Shown in pieces: positions 30,585 through 40,911 of a stretch of DNA of 64,000 bases. The position numbers and the translations under genes were made by a program. The DNA comes from a virus. Location: the UHGV virus genome UHGV-0020019; one strand, written 5' to 3'. Under the pieces are notes generated by a model, which did not search any database, had not been told where the DNA came from, and saw only the letters and a list, made by a program, of their open reading frames with translations. The stretch's first letter is position 1, and each line of letters starts with the position of its first letter.

Positions 30585-31682
30585 TCACTTAGATGTACTC
30601 TCTTGATTCCTTTGAATTAGTTGATATACTTTATTAAGCTCTGGAATATTATCATATTTTGGCAGTGGAGCATAATAGCCTGTGGCACCATCAAAATACA
30701 TTCCTAAGATAGCATTACTTTCTCCATCTCTGCCTAATACAATTTCCAAGAACTTACTATATCCTCTAAGTTTAGTTATATCATACTTTAGATACTCCTT
30801 CAGTTCCCAAGAGAATGGAGAAGTAATACCTAACATAACATCACAATCTTTACCAGGATCCTGACTGTCAGCTAATCCTTTCTGTGTAGGTCTAATCTTA
30901 TTAGCTTTGAATGCTTCAAGGGATAGACTTTCACTATTCTGCTGTTGTACAACTACAGGAATATAGTTATACTTATTACGTACAATCTTTAGATATTCAG
31001 ACAGTTTTTTGATAGAGTTACGCAAATCCATACCCCTTTCACAACTTATAAGAGAGATATGGTCAATGATACAAAGAACATATTCATCAGGATCATTTGG
31101 TTCATAATAATCAAAGATTTCCTTCTCATATCCTTCAACCTTCTTTTTATGAATAGTGCCATTTGCTACTGCATATTTCTCTAAAGTATGGTACACACCT
31201 GTTGGATTTCTGTCTGGAATAAAGACTACATGTTCTTCAAAGAATCTAAGTATAGACTGATACTCCAGTGTTCCTAATAACTGTAATATCTCAGGAGAGA
31301 GAATCCTATCTTCATCTACAGATTTGAATGTCTTTATATCAATTCTTATCCTCTTATCAGAGAGTATATACAACAGATAGCAGATAAATTTACCAGTAAT
31401 ATTCTCTGCTTTCTCTTCTAACAAAGCATAAAAAATTTTTAACCTGACTAATTCAGGATGATAATAAGCATATAGAATACTATTAAATAGAAACAGGAAG
31501 TTTGTTATCTTAGACTTACTACTCTTTGCTCCACCTGACACTAGATAATATGTACCTAATTCTACTCCAGGAAAGTCATATCTGAAAGTCTTAAAGGGAG
31601 ATGGAATACAATTAACCTTTCCACTAAGTATTTTTTCTCTTCGTTCTTTAGCATTTTCCAGTACTCTTTGAATTAAACTCAT
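30585..31682 (-). CDS. DnaB-like replicative helicase, RecA-like C-terminal domain
   Basis: LCIIDHISLIS...VVVQQQNSESLSLEAFKANKIRPTQKGLADSQDPGKDCDVMLGI parallels DnaB (VIALSQLNR...KRPMLSDLRESG.IEQDADVV). Confidence 0.55.
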   Translation of the reverse strand: MSLIQRVLENAKERREKILSGKVNCIPSPFKTFRYDFPGVELGTYYLVSGGAKSSKSKITNFLFLFNSILYAYYHPELVRLKIFYALLEEKAENITGKFICYLLYILSDKRIRIDIKTFKSVDEDRILSPEILQLLGTLEYQSILRFFEEHVVFIPDRNPTGVYHTLEKYAVANGTIHKKKVEGYEKEIFDYYEPNDPDEYVLCIIDHISLISCERGMDLRNSIKKLSEYLKIVRNKYNYIPVVVQQQNSESLSLEAFKANKIRPTQKGLADSQDPGKDCDVMLGITSPFSWELKEYLKYDITKLRGYSKFLEIVLGRDGESNAILGMYFDGATGYYAPLPKYDNIPELNKVYQLIQRNQESTSK

Positions 31683-31720
31683 AATGAAAATGTTACTTTT
31701 ATACTCATAACTGTATTCTT

Positions 31721-32341
31721 TTAATTTCTACTATTCATTAACCAATCATCACCATCTACAATATCAGATGGTGCATCTTCTGTCTTATTTTCCAGGAATG
31801 TTGCCAAGTCTGAGATTTCCTCTACATGTACTTCATCATCAGCCATCAGCTTTCTGTCATCTTTCATGATGAAGTATTTTGATAGACGCATGCCTCTATA
31901 ACCCTTAGGTGCGTAAGAAGCTACATATCTCTTGGTAGCATCAATAATATCCTCATCAGCAACATCACCATAGATAGTAAGGAATTTCTTGAGTTTATTC
32001 TTAATCTCAGTTTTATTACATCTGAAATAGAATGGTGATGCTATACCATTTGGGTATATCATTTTTTGCTTAGGAAAACAATTCTGAAGCTTAACAGCCA
32101 AGGAGTCTAATCTTTCATCACTAAGGTTTGTAATACCCTTAGATTCATCTGAATTTAATTTCTTGATGATGCTTTTCCAATCAGAAAGAACTTCTGTGTG
32201 AGAACCATTGACAATACCCCTTAGAATCATATTGTTCATGGTTCTGTCATAACCTCCAAGGCTTACTGCTGTAGCAATGAGTACTTCCTGCAAGGTTAGC
32301 TTATTCTTTAAACATTGTGTTTCATTTAATACTATTTTCAT
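31721..32341 (-). CDS. Hypothetical protein, 206 aa; tandem paralog of 32360..32899
   Basis: Shared pattern LTL(Q/G)E(V/F)L... and KLQN(C/I)FP(K/Q) with the neighbour. Confidence 0.5.
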   Translation of the reverse strand: MKIVLNETQCLKNKLTLQEVLIATAVSLGGYDRTMNNMILRGIVNGSHTEVLSDWKSIIKKLNSDESKGITNLSDERLDSLAVKLQNCFPKQKMIYPNGIASPFYFRCNKTEIKNKLKKFLTIYGDVADEDIIDATKRYVASYAPKGYRGMRLSKYFIMKDDRKLMADDEVHVEEISDLATFLENKTEDAPSDIVDGDDWLMNSRN

Positions 32342-32359
32342 ATTATTTAGAGTTTGATG

Positions 32360-32899
32360 TTATCTGTTATTTTCTATAATGGTCATAAACATGGAATCTA
32401 TGCTTTTATCATTATGTGTTTTAAGAATAAAATATTTAAGTAATTGCATTTTTTCTTTATCTTCACTAAAAGAATCTACATATTCCTTAGTAGCTTTGAG
32501 GGCTTCTTCTTCTGTGAAGGAGAAATGATGAATGACAACTAAAGCTCTTAGTTTTTGAGCTATAGTTTCCGTTTTATCTCTCCAAGAGTATGTTGTACCA
32601 GACCTACATCCTTGAGGAAAGATGTTTTGCAGCTTCTTAGCTAACTCTGTAAAATCTATAGTACTCTCTTTTACTCTATTATCAGATTTTAGGAGAATAC
32701 TTGTTACTAAGTTTCTTGTATTGTTGGATAGTACCATAGAGTCTTTGTCAAAGAGATTTTTGCTGATAATACCTTTTTCAACGAGTTTATCAAAGTTCTC
32801 TTTGTACTTGACATTACAATATCCAAACAACATTACAAGAAATTCACCAAGGGTAAGATTACTCCTTTGCAGTATTTCTGTATCTATTGTTATTTTCAT
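32360..32899 (-). CDS. Hypothetical protein, 179 aa; tandem paralog of 31721..32341
   Basis: See the paralog. Confidence 0.5.
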   Translation of the reverse strand: MKITIDTEILQRSNLTLGEFLVMLFGYCNVKYKENFDKLVEKGIISKNLFDKDSMVLSNNTRNLVTSILLKSDNRVKESTIDFTELAKKLQNIFPQGCRSGTTYSWRDKTETIAQKLRALVVIHHFSFTEEEALKATKEYVDSFSEDKEKMQLLKYFILKTHNDKSIDSMFMTIIENNR

Positions 32900-32972
32900 G
32901 TTTCATATCTTTATAAATGCAAAAAGCACAACCCAATGAAGGATTGTGCTCTTATGTTAATGCTGTTTATTT

Positions 32973-33347
32973 TTAATCTAATAAATTTCCTAATGGACCA
33001 TCTTTCTTATACCATTTACTTATAGGATAGCTTTCATCATAAAGTCCCTTACCATCATAAAACTCTTCATAAGTAATGGCGGAATCAATGAGTTCTTTTT
33101 CAATACAGTATTTATATAAAGTTCTGAAGCATTTATCAATTATCTGATTAACTTCTTCTGGATAATAATTACTTGCATATCTTAAAGGAAGATGTCTAAA
33201 CCATATTTTTGCACTGTGAAATGTGAAGTCTTTGTCTTTAATATCTACTAATAATTTTTGATATATAGATTCATAATAATCACAAGTCTTTCTTAGTGCA
33301 TTTTTGACATCTTCATCACTATGAATTTCATCAGTTATTATATACAT
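32973..33347 (-). CDS. Hypothetical protein, 124 aa
   Basis: ORF-track ORF. Confidence 0.4.
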   Translation of the reverse strand: MYIITDEIHSDEDVKNALRKTCDYYESIYQKLLVDIKDKDFTFHSAKIWFRHLPLRYASNYYPEEVNQIIDKCFRTLYKYCIEKELIDSAITYEEFYDGKGLYDESYPISKWYKKDGPLGNLLD

Positions 33348-33355
33348 ATTAATTA

Positions 33356-33610
33356 TTACCTATTAATAAACCAGCAAACTATAATAATATACAGTATTGT
33401 AATAATAATCATAATTAAAGTACCTATAAGATTAGACCAATGGTCATTACACTTTCTTTGCATTTTACGAACTGCTTTGTGATCATAAGGCTTCATGTCT
33501 ATTATCATACTATTAGGAAAATCTTTTGCTATTTTCTTATTGTACCATACGTGAAATCTCTTATACTTATATATTATGCTTTTTATATACTTTCTATTAT
33601 TTAAAATCAT
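33356..33610 (-). CDS. Small protein with a C-terminal transmembrane helix, 84 aa
   Basis: LIGTLIMIIITILYIIIVCWFI hydrophobic stretch. Confidence 0.35.
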   Translation of the reverse strand: MILNNRKYIKSIIYKYKRFHVWYNKKIAKDFPNSMIIDMKPYDHKAVRKMQRKCNDHWSNLIGTLIMIIITILYIIIVCWFINR

Positions 33611-33947
33611 TCTTCTTTGTTTTCAATATCTTCCATATTAGTTTTAACCCACTCCAACTGTAGTCTCTTCTAACCATTAGTAAGAAAATAAGTAATAAAC
33701 GTTTCTTATGGTTATGGAGATACTTTACATAGAAGTTATTCCACCATGGTCTCTTTAAAGAACTGAGTTTCTTTTCAAGTTCTTCATTTGAAAGACTATC
33801 TAAATCCTTATTATAGGCACTTGGTGTAAACATAATTATATCTAAGTCAACGTTTATTCTTTCTTTAAATGTAAAAGAATAAAGACTTTTACAAAATAAG
33901 TATGTAGATATTAATTTCCTATTATGTTCTAATTCTTTATTATTCAT
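33597..33947 (-). CDS. Hypothetical protein, 116 aa
   Basis: ORF-track ORF. Confidence 0.35.
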   Translation of the reverse strand: MNNKELEHNRKLISTYLFCKSLYSFTFKERINVDLDIIMFTPSAYNKDLDSLSNEELEKKLSSLKRPWWNNFYVKYLHNHKKRLLLIFLLMVRRDYSWSGLKLIWKILKTKKNDFK

Positions 33948-35553
33948 GTTGTCTTCTATTTATTGAGGTTGCTATACCTATTGGGGCTGATATAGATAAG
34001 AAATTGTTTAATCCTTTCTTTATATTATCTACAGTAAGTATTTCACCTAATTGTCTAAGATTCATAGGTGCAGTAGGTATGATTCTGTTATTCTTTGTAT
34101 ATTTATTCACAAAGGCATCTGTTGTCATACCTGCATCTTCTGCTAATTGTCTTATAGCCATTAATCTAGCCCTCTTTTCTGTAGGTCTAATAAGGTAATT
34201 GTAAGTGTCTTGTATTTCCATAACTTTATCTATAGGAGTATTTTTTGGGAGATTGTTCAGTATATCATCCCAATCTATATTAGGAGTAATACTTTCATTA
34301 TATCTCATAATGTCTCCAATAAAGTTAATATCTGGATCATTCTTAAATGGATATTTAACACTGTTGACAATATCATTTGCACCTGCATTTCCTGTAGCCC
34401 AATGTGAAAGTTCATGCATTATACTTTCATCAATTTCTTTTTTAGATAAATCTTCCTGCAAGGTAATACCGTAATTAGGAGAGGAAGGCTCCACAGCGGA
34501 AAGTCCTAAAATATCAGAGTCTCCATTTATCTCAGACTTTACATGACTAGGAAAATAACCATTGTTATTAACTTGTCTATTTGTTAAATCCTTCATGTAA
34601 TCCCAATGATCTTCAAGACCTGCTCTTTGAAGTCTTTTTTGGTATTCATTACTATTGATGAAGTTTGTATATTTCTTAGCAGCTTCAGCCCTTATTTCCA
34701 TAGGAATTTCAGTTTCTCCTTTTAAAGGATAGGTTTGCTTTATTCCTATTGCAATATTTTCAGGAGAAATATTGGAATTAGAAATATTATCCAGTCCTAA
34801 ATCAACATTTTCTACAGAAATAACTTTAATGGGATTTTTTGTAGTTTTTCTGGTTGTAAGCATTCTGTCAAACATATTAAAGTTCTTAGTCATTAATCCT
34901 ATACCACCTGCCAAGTCCATGGCAGTTTCAGGAGTAAACTTACCTTGACTAACATCATAAGCACCTTTACCTGCAAAGCCAAGTCCAACAGCATTGTTAG
35001 CTAACTCTACAAGAGGATTGGCTAATACTTTAGTTACCCCACTTTTAACAGCTTGACCTGCTGCTGTACCTAATAATGTTTGACCAGTACCTGCTATCAA
35101 AGGAATAGATGCTACACCAAAGGGTATAGCTCCTGCTGCTTCTCCCCATGCTGCAAGATTAGGATGTTCTTTCTCCCATAAAGCATGTTCTTTGGCACCT
35201 CTTTCTGCATTTTCTTTCAAATGAGTATTGTATTCCCTATGAGGGAGATTATTCACCTGAATGTTGTCATTACTCATTGTAAGGTATCTGCTGAAAGAGT
35301 CAGCTAAGACATTTTGTTTCTTAGGAGCAGTAACAGTAACTTCATCCAAATTATGAAAAGGCATTACAGGAATAGCAGAGTCATTACTGTCTAAAGTATA
35401 ATAGCTGCCATTAGGAGCAGCAAACACTGTAGTAGGATTGACTTCTCCAGTATCACTCTGTATATCCCATTCTGCTGTAGGGTAGTAAGAACCTTGGAAC
35501 ATTATGGGATTAGTATAACTAAATCTTCTGGTCTTTGTTTTATTTCCAGCCAT
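33940..35553 (-). CDS. HExxH zincin-like protein with a Gly/Ala-rich hydrophobic segment, 537 aa
   Basis: ESIMHELSHWATG (HExxH); AAWGEAAGAIPFGVASIPLIAGTGQTLLGTAAGQAV segment. Confidence 0.5.
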   Translation of the reverse strand: MAGNKTKTRRFSYTNPIMFQGSYYPTAEWDIQSDTGEVNPTTVFAAPNGSYYTLDSNDSAIPVMPFHNLDEVTVTAPKKQNVLADSFSRYLTMSNDNIQVNNLPHREYNTHLKENAERGAKEHALWEKEHPNLAAWGEAAGAIPFGVASIPLIAGTGQTLLGTAAGQAVKSGVTKVLANPLVELANNAVGLGFAGKGAYDVSQGKFTPETAMDLAGGIGLMTKNFNMFDRMLTTRKTTKNPIKVISVENVDLGLDNISNSNISPENIAIGIKQTYPLKGETEIPMEIRAEAAKKYTNFINSNEYQKRLQRAGLEDHWDYMKDLTNRQVNNNGYFPSHVKSEINGDSDILGLSAVEPSSPNYGITLQEDLSKKEIDESIMHELSHWATGNAGANDIVNSVKYPFKNDPDINFIGDIMRYNESITPNIDWDDILNNLPKNTPIDKVMEIQDTYNYLIRPTEKRARLMAIRQLAEDAGMTTDAFVNKYTKNNRIIPTAPMNLRQLGEILTVDNIKKGLNNFLSISAPIGIATSINRRQHE

Positions 35554-35645
35554 AATAAATTCAATTTTATGGCAAAGTTAACAAAAGTAGAAGAAAATAC
35601 AAAGAATTATAATAAATCTCTTATATTTCCTCTACTTTTTTGTTA

Positions 35646-36866
35646 TCATTTATGGTCTGAAAGAAAAGTTGACAGTTCTTGAATAGAGTGTATTGTAGAA
35701 ATAAACTTCTTATTGAAATCTTTAATCATTTCCTGGACTATCTCTTCCTCTCTTGTATTCTCATAGTAAGGCATGATGATAATAGGGGATTTATGACGAA
35801 GACTTCTTCCTATTCTCTGAGGACCTATGGATTCTGAAGCTGAATAATTGGCAAATATTGCGTATTTACAATCAACAAGGTTGGCACCTTCATTAAGAAC
35901 ATTTACTGATACAATGTGATTAATCTTCTTGGCATTGAAGTTATCATAGATAATTTCAGAGTCTTTGTTCTTTGAATGAATGCAGTACTGACCTAAGCAT
36001 TCTGCCTGTTCTATGGTCTTACAGAAGGTGATGGTTCTTTCTTTCTCTAACCTTTGAAGAATAGATAATATAATGTTATTTTTCAAATTAGCAAGGTACT
36101 TGATTCTCTCACCACAGTCAAAAAGCCATTTATTCTTTAGAAACTCATGTCTGGTTCTTCTGTATCTGTTCTTTTCATAGAGTATCAGAGAATTATATTC
36201 ATTTACTTTTTGCCTAGGTGTACAGGATATAAGGGCATGGACTTTCATCTTTTTGTATTTCCAAAGTTCATTATAGTTGCCATAATGAATTTTTCCCTTT
36301 GCTTTAGGATTGAGTTCTATAGATTCTGTAGGATGAACATTATCAAGCTGAAGAGGGTAGAGAATAATCTGAGGTTCAGGAAGAACTTCATCTTCAATGG
36401 CATCAACTATACTACAGGTTACTACTTCTGCATGATACTCATATTGAAAATACTGCTTGAGTTTCTTAGGAATAGTAGCACTAAGACCAATGACATTATC
36501 ATAAGTAAGAGTGCTAAAGAGATCCAGACGCTTATTACTATTAAGATGATGACATTCATCCATCACTATGAAATCAAAAGATTCATACTCATGCTTCTTC
36601 AAGGACTCATAGCACTCAATGGTAAGGTCATCAACATTGATGCCTCCCCATTTCTTAAACTCATCTTTCCAAGTTTGCTTATGTACTATCTTTGCTACCA
36701 AGAGAAGCATTGATGTATGCTTCCCTTGATATTTAGTTTCTATAAGATGATTTACCAATGAAATTGCTAATGCTGTTTTTCCAAAACCTGTTGCCAACTC
36801 CAATAATAGGAAATTAGACTTTTTTAGTTTAGTCAAACATTCAGAATAAATTTCTTGTCTTGTCAT
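35646..36866 (-). CDS. Superfamily 2 (DEAD/DExH) helicase
   Basis: ELATGFGKTALA (Walker A); VMDECHH (DExH); GLSAT; C-terminal HELICc-like region. Confidence 0.7.
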   Translation of the reverse strand: MTRQEIYSECLTKLKKSNFLLLELATGFGKTALAISLVNHLIETKYQGKHTSMLLLVAKIVHKQTWKDEFKKWGGINVDDLTIECYESLKKHEYESFDFIVMDECHHLNSNKRLDLFSTLTYDNVIGLSATIPKKLKQYFQYEYHAEVVTCSIVDAIEDEVLPEPQIILYPLQLDNVHPTESIELNPKAKGKIHYGNYNELWKYKKMKVHALISCTPRQKVNEYNSLILYEKNRYRRTRHEFLKNKWLFDCGERIKYLANLKNNIILSILQRLEKERTITFCKTIEQAECLGQYCIHSKNKDSEIIYDNFNAKKINHIVSVNVLNEGANLVDCKYAIFANYSASESIGPQRIGRSLRHKSPIIIMPYYENTREEEIVQEMIKDFNKKFISTIHSIQELSTFLSDHK

Positions 36867-36885
36867 TATTTAAATGATTAACTGA

Positions 36886-37152
36886 TTATGCCACTGATTC
36901 ATGAGCATCCATTCTTGAAAGTTCTTCATCAGCTTCAAGATTCATAAGATAATCTTCTGTTTCTTTTGAAGGAAGATGGGCTATAGCCTCCATAAGATTT
37001 ATCTCCTCTTCTTCTTTGATTTTATCAAGGGTTATCATTAGGTCATATATACACTCCTTAAGAGCACATTGATAATCATCAGATTGTGTATCATTACTCA
37101 ATCTCCCTTTCCAGCGAGAAAGAAGATCATTAATATTTTTTTCTGCAATCAT
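36886..37152 (-). CDS. Hypothetical acidic protein, 88 aa
   Basis: ORF-track ORF. Confidence 0.4.
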   Translation of the reverse strand: MIAEKNINDLLSRWKGRLSNDTQSDDYQCALKECIYDLMITLDKIKEEEEINLMEAIAHLPSKETEDYLMNLEADEELSRMDAHESVA

Positions 37153-37157
37153 AAGAC

Positions 37158-37451
37158 TTATAAATTACGGATTATTTGCATTAAACGCTGCCAAATGCTT
37201 CTAGTACTCTCTACACCTTCACCATTTTTTCTATTACGAGAAACATGCTTTGGTGATGCTGTAAAAAAACAAGTAGAATTTGGTTTTTTAGATACTACAG
37301 TGTACCAATGATTGGCAACTGCTTGAGGAGTTCTACCAGTGCTTTCTGATACAATGAGAAAGCACTTTGTCAAGTTTTGAGGGAAAGTTCTTACTTGCTG
37401 AAGAAGTCTATCTTCTTCCTCAGCAGTCCATTTTTTGTTTGTTCTGTTCAT
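37158..37451 (-). CDS. Myb/SANT-like DNA-binding protein
   Basis: KKWTAEEEDRLLQQV ... WYTVVSKK, a Myb repeat pattern. Confidence 0.45.
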   Translation of the reverse strand: MNRTNKKWTAEEEDRLLQQVRTFPQNLTKCFLIVSESTGRTPQAVANHWYTVVSKKPNSTCFFTASPKHVSRNRKNGEGVESTRSIWQRLMQIIRNL

Positions 37452-37643
37452 TATTTAAAGAATTAAATTATGTGATATGTATATCCAAGCGACATACAGA
37501 CTATTACAAACTAAAAAAGTCTCCCTTGTTATCACAACAAAGAAGACTTGTCTGATTTTTACAATTATTTATGACTAAAACCAAAACATTATTTATAATA
37601 CCACTGTATTATCTACAATTAACTAATAACTATTAACAACTTG

Positions 37644-37717
37644 TGACTGATGAGGGATTCTAACCCTCAACCTATGGTGTAGGAGACCATTGCTCTATAC
37701 AGTTGAGCTAATCAGCC
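37644..37717 (-). tRNA. tRNA-Arg (anticodon CCT)
   Basis: Manual fold: acceptor GGCTGAT/ATCAGTC, D-arm GCTC..GAGC, anticodon stem ATGGT/ACCAT with loop CTCCTAC, T-arm GAGGG-TTAGAAT-CCCTC. Confidence 0.7.
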
Positions 37718-37844
37718 AAATACTTCTACTGTCTTCACAGATGGTAGAAGTTAACATTTTCAATCATTTGTTGCTTTAATCAATGACAAATTTACATATT
37801 ATATGACTTGCTACAAACTATCTAAATTTATATCTAATCTCTTC

Positions 37845-38045
37845 TTAATTGAAATGTGAAATCTTCTTAGGTTTAACCTTTTCTATAGTAAAGAAGAATG
37901 CTTGGCCATGTACAATATGCTTTAGTCCAAACTTCAAACATTTCCACCAACTTCTGGTACACATAAGTCCATATTGATGTACAGATGGAAGGATATGTCT
38001 TTTGTGAAGAGTATAGAATGTGATATACCTTTTCTGTCTCACCAT
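37845..38045 (-). CDS. Hypothetical basic protein, 66 aa
   Basis: ORF-track ORF in an otherwise non-coding stretch. Confidence 0.3.
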   Translation of the reverse strand: MVRQKRYITFYTLHKRHILPSVHQYGLMCTRSWWKCLKFGLKHIVHGQAFFFTIEKVKPKKISHFN

Positions 38046-38606
38046 AGTTATTTTTAATTAAAGAGTTTCTTTCTTTTCAGGGTAGGGTAGTAGCTTATGA
38101 AATTCTCAAATACTACTTTACCTGTAGTCTTGTTGAAGGTACATCTTGCCATCAACTGTGCATTTGTTTTAAGGTGCTGTTCCATATTAATCTTGATTTT
38201 CTAATTTATAATTTATTTGTGCTCCTATAGGAATGATAGCAACGCCACATGGAATTTTGAGATGATAGTTTTTATCATCTATTTTGGTTATTGTTGCTTT
38301 CTCTAAACCTCTATTAGGATATTTTGTGACTATATTGTCACCTACTTTAAATATTGCTTCCATGGGTCTTTTTCTCCTGAAGTTTAGTATAGTTTTCTAC
38401 TAATTTATCCATGATAGGATTAAGTTTCTTTCTAAATGTCAGGAAGCATTTACTTCCTTTCCTTAGTTCATCCTTAATGTCTAAGGTTGCTTGTTCTTCT
38501 ACTGTCATAATGATTTTAATTTAAATGAATAGAGAAAAACAGAAGAGCAATAACCAATCGTCATTACTCTCTGTTTAACCCATTTCAACCCTTTAAATAA
38601 TAATAG

Positions 38607-38678
38607 TGAACCTTGAAGGATTTGAACCTACAGTCTTCTAATTAGAATCAGCTGCTTTAATCATTAAGCTAAAAGTTC
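38607..38678 (-). tRNA. tRNA-like gene with an aberrant anticodon arm; if the 7-nt loop is UUCUAAU the anticodon would be CUA (amber-reading). Could be a pseudo-tRNA.
   Basis: Acceptor GAACTTT/AAGGTTC, D-arm GCTT..AAGC and T-arm GTAGG-TTCAAAT-CCTTC fold well. Anticodon region GCTGA-TTCTAAT-TAGAA pairs poorly (TCTAATTAGA is a palindrome). Confidence 0.35.
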
Positions 38679-38792
38679 AACTTTCTTTATAGAATTAGCA
38701 ATTTTACAATACATGGATTTATATAAGCACATGTACAACCTACATTCAAGAGACATTTAGCACTCTTCTTGTAGAATAATTTCTTTGCTAAT

Positions 38793-39707
38793 CTAATCTT
38801 CATCGTCTTTATATACTAAGTCAAGTATCGCCTTGAAGTTTGGGTTGTAGATAACAGCACTAACATCTTCATGTCTGTTGAACATTGGAATTAAACCACG
38901 TACAATCATTGGTCTTGTATATTTACCTACGAAATATTCAGTGGTTTTGTTTCTTTCGTCAAAGTTTATACAATATACTTCATTTCCCTCTTTAGAACTT
39001 TTCTTGTTGTAGTACTCAGCAATATTCAGAAGCTGATTTAGAGCCAAGAGTTTTTCAAGTTGCTTCTTGTTAGTAGCATTGTTTTTATCTCCTTTTGATT
39101 CTGGAGGTCCAGTAACAATTCTACAACATCCATTAATGTAATAGTATGAATTACTAAATAACTCCTCTACTACATCTTCATAAGTAAGCTCCTTCTTGAT
39201 AGGCTTGAACTTAATATACTCCAAGGTTGAGTTTTCTTTATCTATCTCATAACCTTCAGGAATTTTGATTTTAATTTCCTTTGTTTCCATATTATTGTTT
39301 TCTTTTGGTTCATTAATTACTTGGTCGAACATTTCAAGAGAATACATATAATTATTTTCAGATACATCATAACGTCTATAAGAATAGCTTTTAATTGTAA
39401 CTTCTTTGTACTGTTTCATTATAGGATTAAAAATAAAATCTCCATATTTTATTCCTACTTTCAAATCCTCCCTCACCTTAACCTTAGTTCCTATTGGAAG
39501 AAAAGGAAGTTCTTTAAAATGATTATGCAAACCTGCTACAGAATAACAAGACGCACCTGCTATAGAATGACAAGGCACACTCTTAAAATCTATTTTAAAT
39601 AGAGTTTTATTATAACAGCAATCTTTACAATAGTTTCCTTTACATATTTGCAATATCTTACCATCTTTATGATTGATAGCTATATCACCCACTTTGTATT
39701 TTGTCAT
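38793..39707 (-). CDS. Hypothetical protein, 304 aa; distant paralog of 48814..49434
   Basis: Shared architecture: N-terminal KVGD/E plus Cys-rich module, NNMETK..I(K/D)IPEG(Y/H)(E/I)ID, C-terminal NP(N/D)FK(A/D)ILD(L/T)(V/I)YKD. Confidence 0.5.
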   Translation of the reverse strand: MTKYKVGDIAINHKDGKILQICKGNYCKDCCYNKTLFKIDFKSVPCHSIAGASCYSVAGLHNHFKELPFLPIGTKVKVREDLKVGIKYGDFIFNPIMKQYKEVTIKSYSYRRYDVSENNYMYSLEMFDQVINEPKENNNMETKEIKIKIPEGYEIDKENSTLEYIKFKPIKKELTYEDVVEELFSNSYYYINGCCRIVTGPPESKGDKNNATNKKQLEKLLALNQLLNIAEYYNKKSSKEGNEVYCINFDERNKTTEYFVGKYTRPMIVRGLIPMFNRHEDVSAVIYNPNFKAILDLVYKDDED

Positions 39708-39716
39708 AATTAAATG

Positions 39717-40451
39717 CTATTTAATTTTTTTAATTAAATTTTCTCTTATAATATTAAAGTCAATATCATTATAATAATTACAAATAGTATGATTAAAGAT
39801 AATTTTATCCGATACTTCAAAATGCTTTTTCTTTGCTTCTATAGCATCGGCGATATTAGGATATACATCTTCGTAAGTATAACCTCCGCCTTTATGATCG
39901 GAGTATATTGTTATGATGTCATATTTCTCTCCATAATATATCGCATCTATTCTTCCATCAGTAAAAGGCGTTGAAATATTAATAGGAATAGAAACAAATT
40001 TTATATAATTATCAACTTTGTCGACATTTACAATATTTAAATCCTTACTAAGAGCAAAACCATTAGATGGTGCATTGTTAATTTTAAGTATCTTTTCAAA
40101 CCATTCTACATCTATTGGAATATACTCAACCTTTTGTCTACCTAACATTAAATCATTGATAGTTTCATATACTTCTTCGATAGGTTTTACAATATTTATT
40201 GGATGTTTAACAACCTCTCTGATTTTTCTAATCGCTTTTCCCTCATCTGATAAAAGATTACAAACACTATCTACTTCTATTACATAATAATATCTATAAA
40301 ATAATTTATGCAAATCGGTCTCATGAATCTCACCATAATAGTTAAGTCCTATACCTTTTGGTTCTAATCGGAATACTTTATTTTTAATTATTCCTTTTAT
40401 TATATTATTTTTACGATATTCAAAATAACATAATTTGTTAATACTTTCCAT
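39717..40451 (-). CDS. Hypothetical protein, 244 aa
   Basis: ORF-track ORF. Confidence 0.45.
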   Translation of the reverse strand: MESINKLCYFEYRKNNIIKGIIKNKVFRLEPKGIGLNYYGEIHETDLHKLFYRYYYVIEVDSVCNLLSDEGKAIRKIREVVKHPINIVKPIEEVYETINDLMLGRQKVEYIPIDVEWFEKILKINNAPSNGFALSKDLNIVNVDKVDNYIKFVSIPINISTPFTDGRIDAIYYGEKYDIITIYSDHKGGGYTYEDVYPNIADAIEAKKKHFEVSDKIIFNHTICNYYNDIDFNIIRENLIKKIK

Positions 40452-40465
40452 TATCTATTTATACT

Positions 40466-40909
40466 TTAGTTCTTTTTATCGAATTTATTGCCAATAACTT
40501 TGATAACACTTTCCGTATCGTCAGTACATGGTAATATTATATATTCTTCACCTCTATAACGATTTCCTACATTTAAATTTTCAAACATATACTCTTTCAG
40601 AACAAAACCCCAAACATCTTCTTCCCAAGCTACAACACCTGTTACATGAGTATCATTATCTTGTTCATCGAAGTATGTACATTCGATTACATCACTTTCA
40701 TAGATAGGTGTATAATCCTCTGCATATCTTCCTGTAAACTGACAGATAGTAGTAGGGTCAATTAAGACCGCTTCATTACGATTAAGTACGGAGTCTTTCT
40801 GTCTGTCCTCAATGATGTAGGTATTACCATTCTCTTCGTAGTAATAACCGCAAACCCATTTTCCATTATCAAGACGTTTAGCCTTGAATTTGATGTTTTC
40901 TATTTTCAT
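40466..40909 (-). CDS. Hypothetical protein, 147 aa
   Basis: ORF-track ORF. Confidence 0.45.
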   Translation of the reverse strand: MKIENIKFKAKRLDNGKWVCGYYYEENGNTYIIEDRQKDSVLNRNEAVLIDPTTICQFTGRYAEDYTPIYESDVIECTYFDEQDNDTHVTGVVAWEEDVWGFVLKEYMFENLNVGNRYRGEEYIILPCTDDTESVIKVIGNKFDKKN

Positions 40910-40911
40910 AT

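Noticed and set aside
36147-36713. 188-aa plus-strand ORF, and similar plus-strand ORFs (for example 16402..16761, 13241..13573, 26765..27100, 32622..32939, 48757..49056)
   Set aside because: Antisense to well-supported minus-strand genes (SF2 helicase, dUTPase, polA and others); Ile/Phe/Leu-rich translations typical of AT-rich antisense frames.
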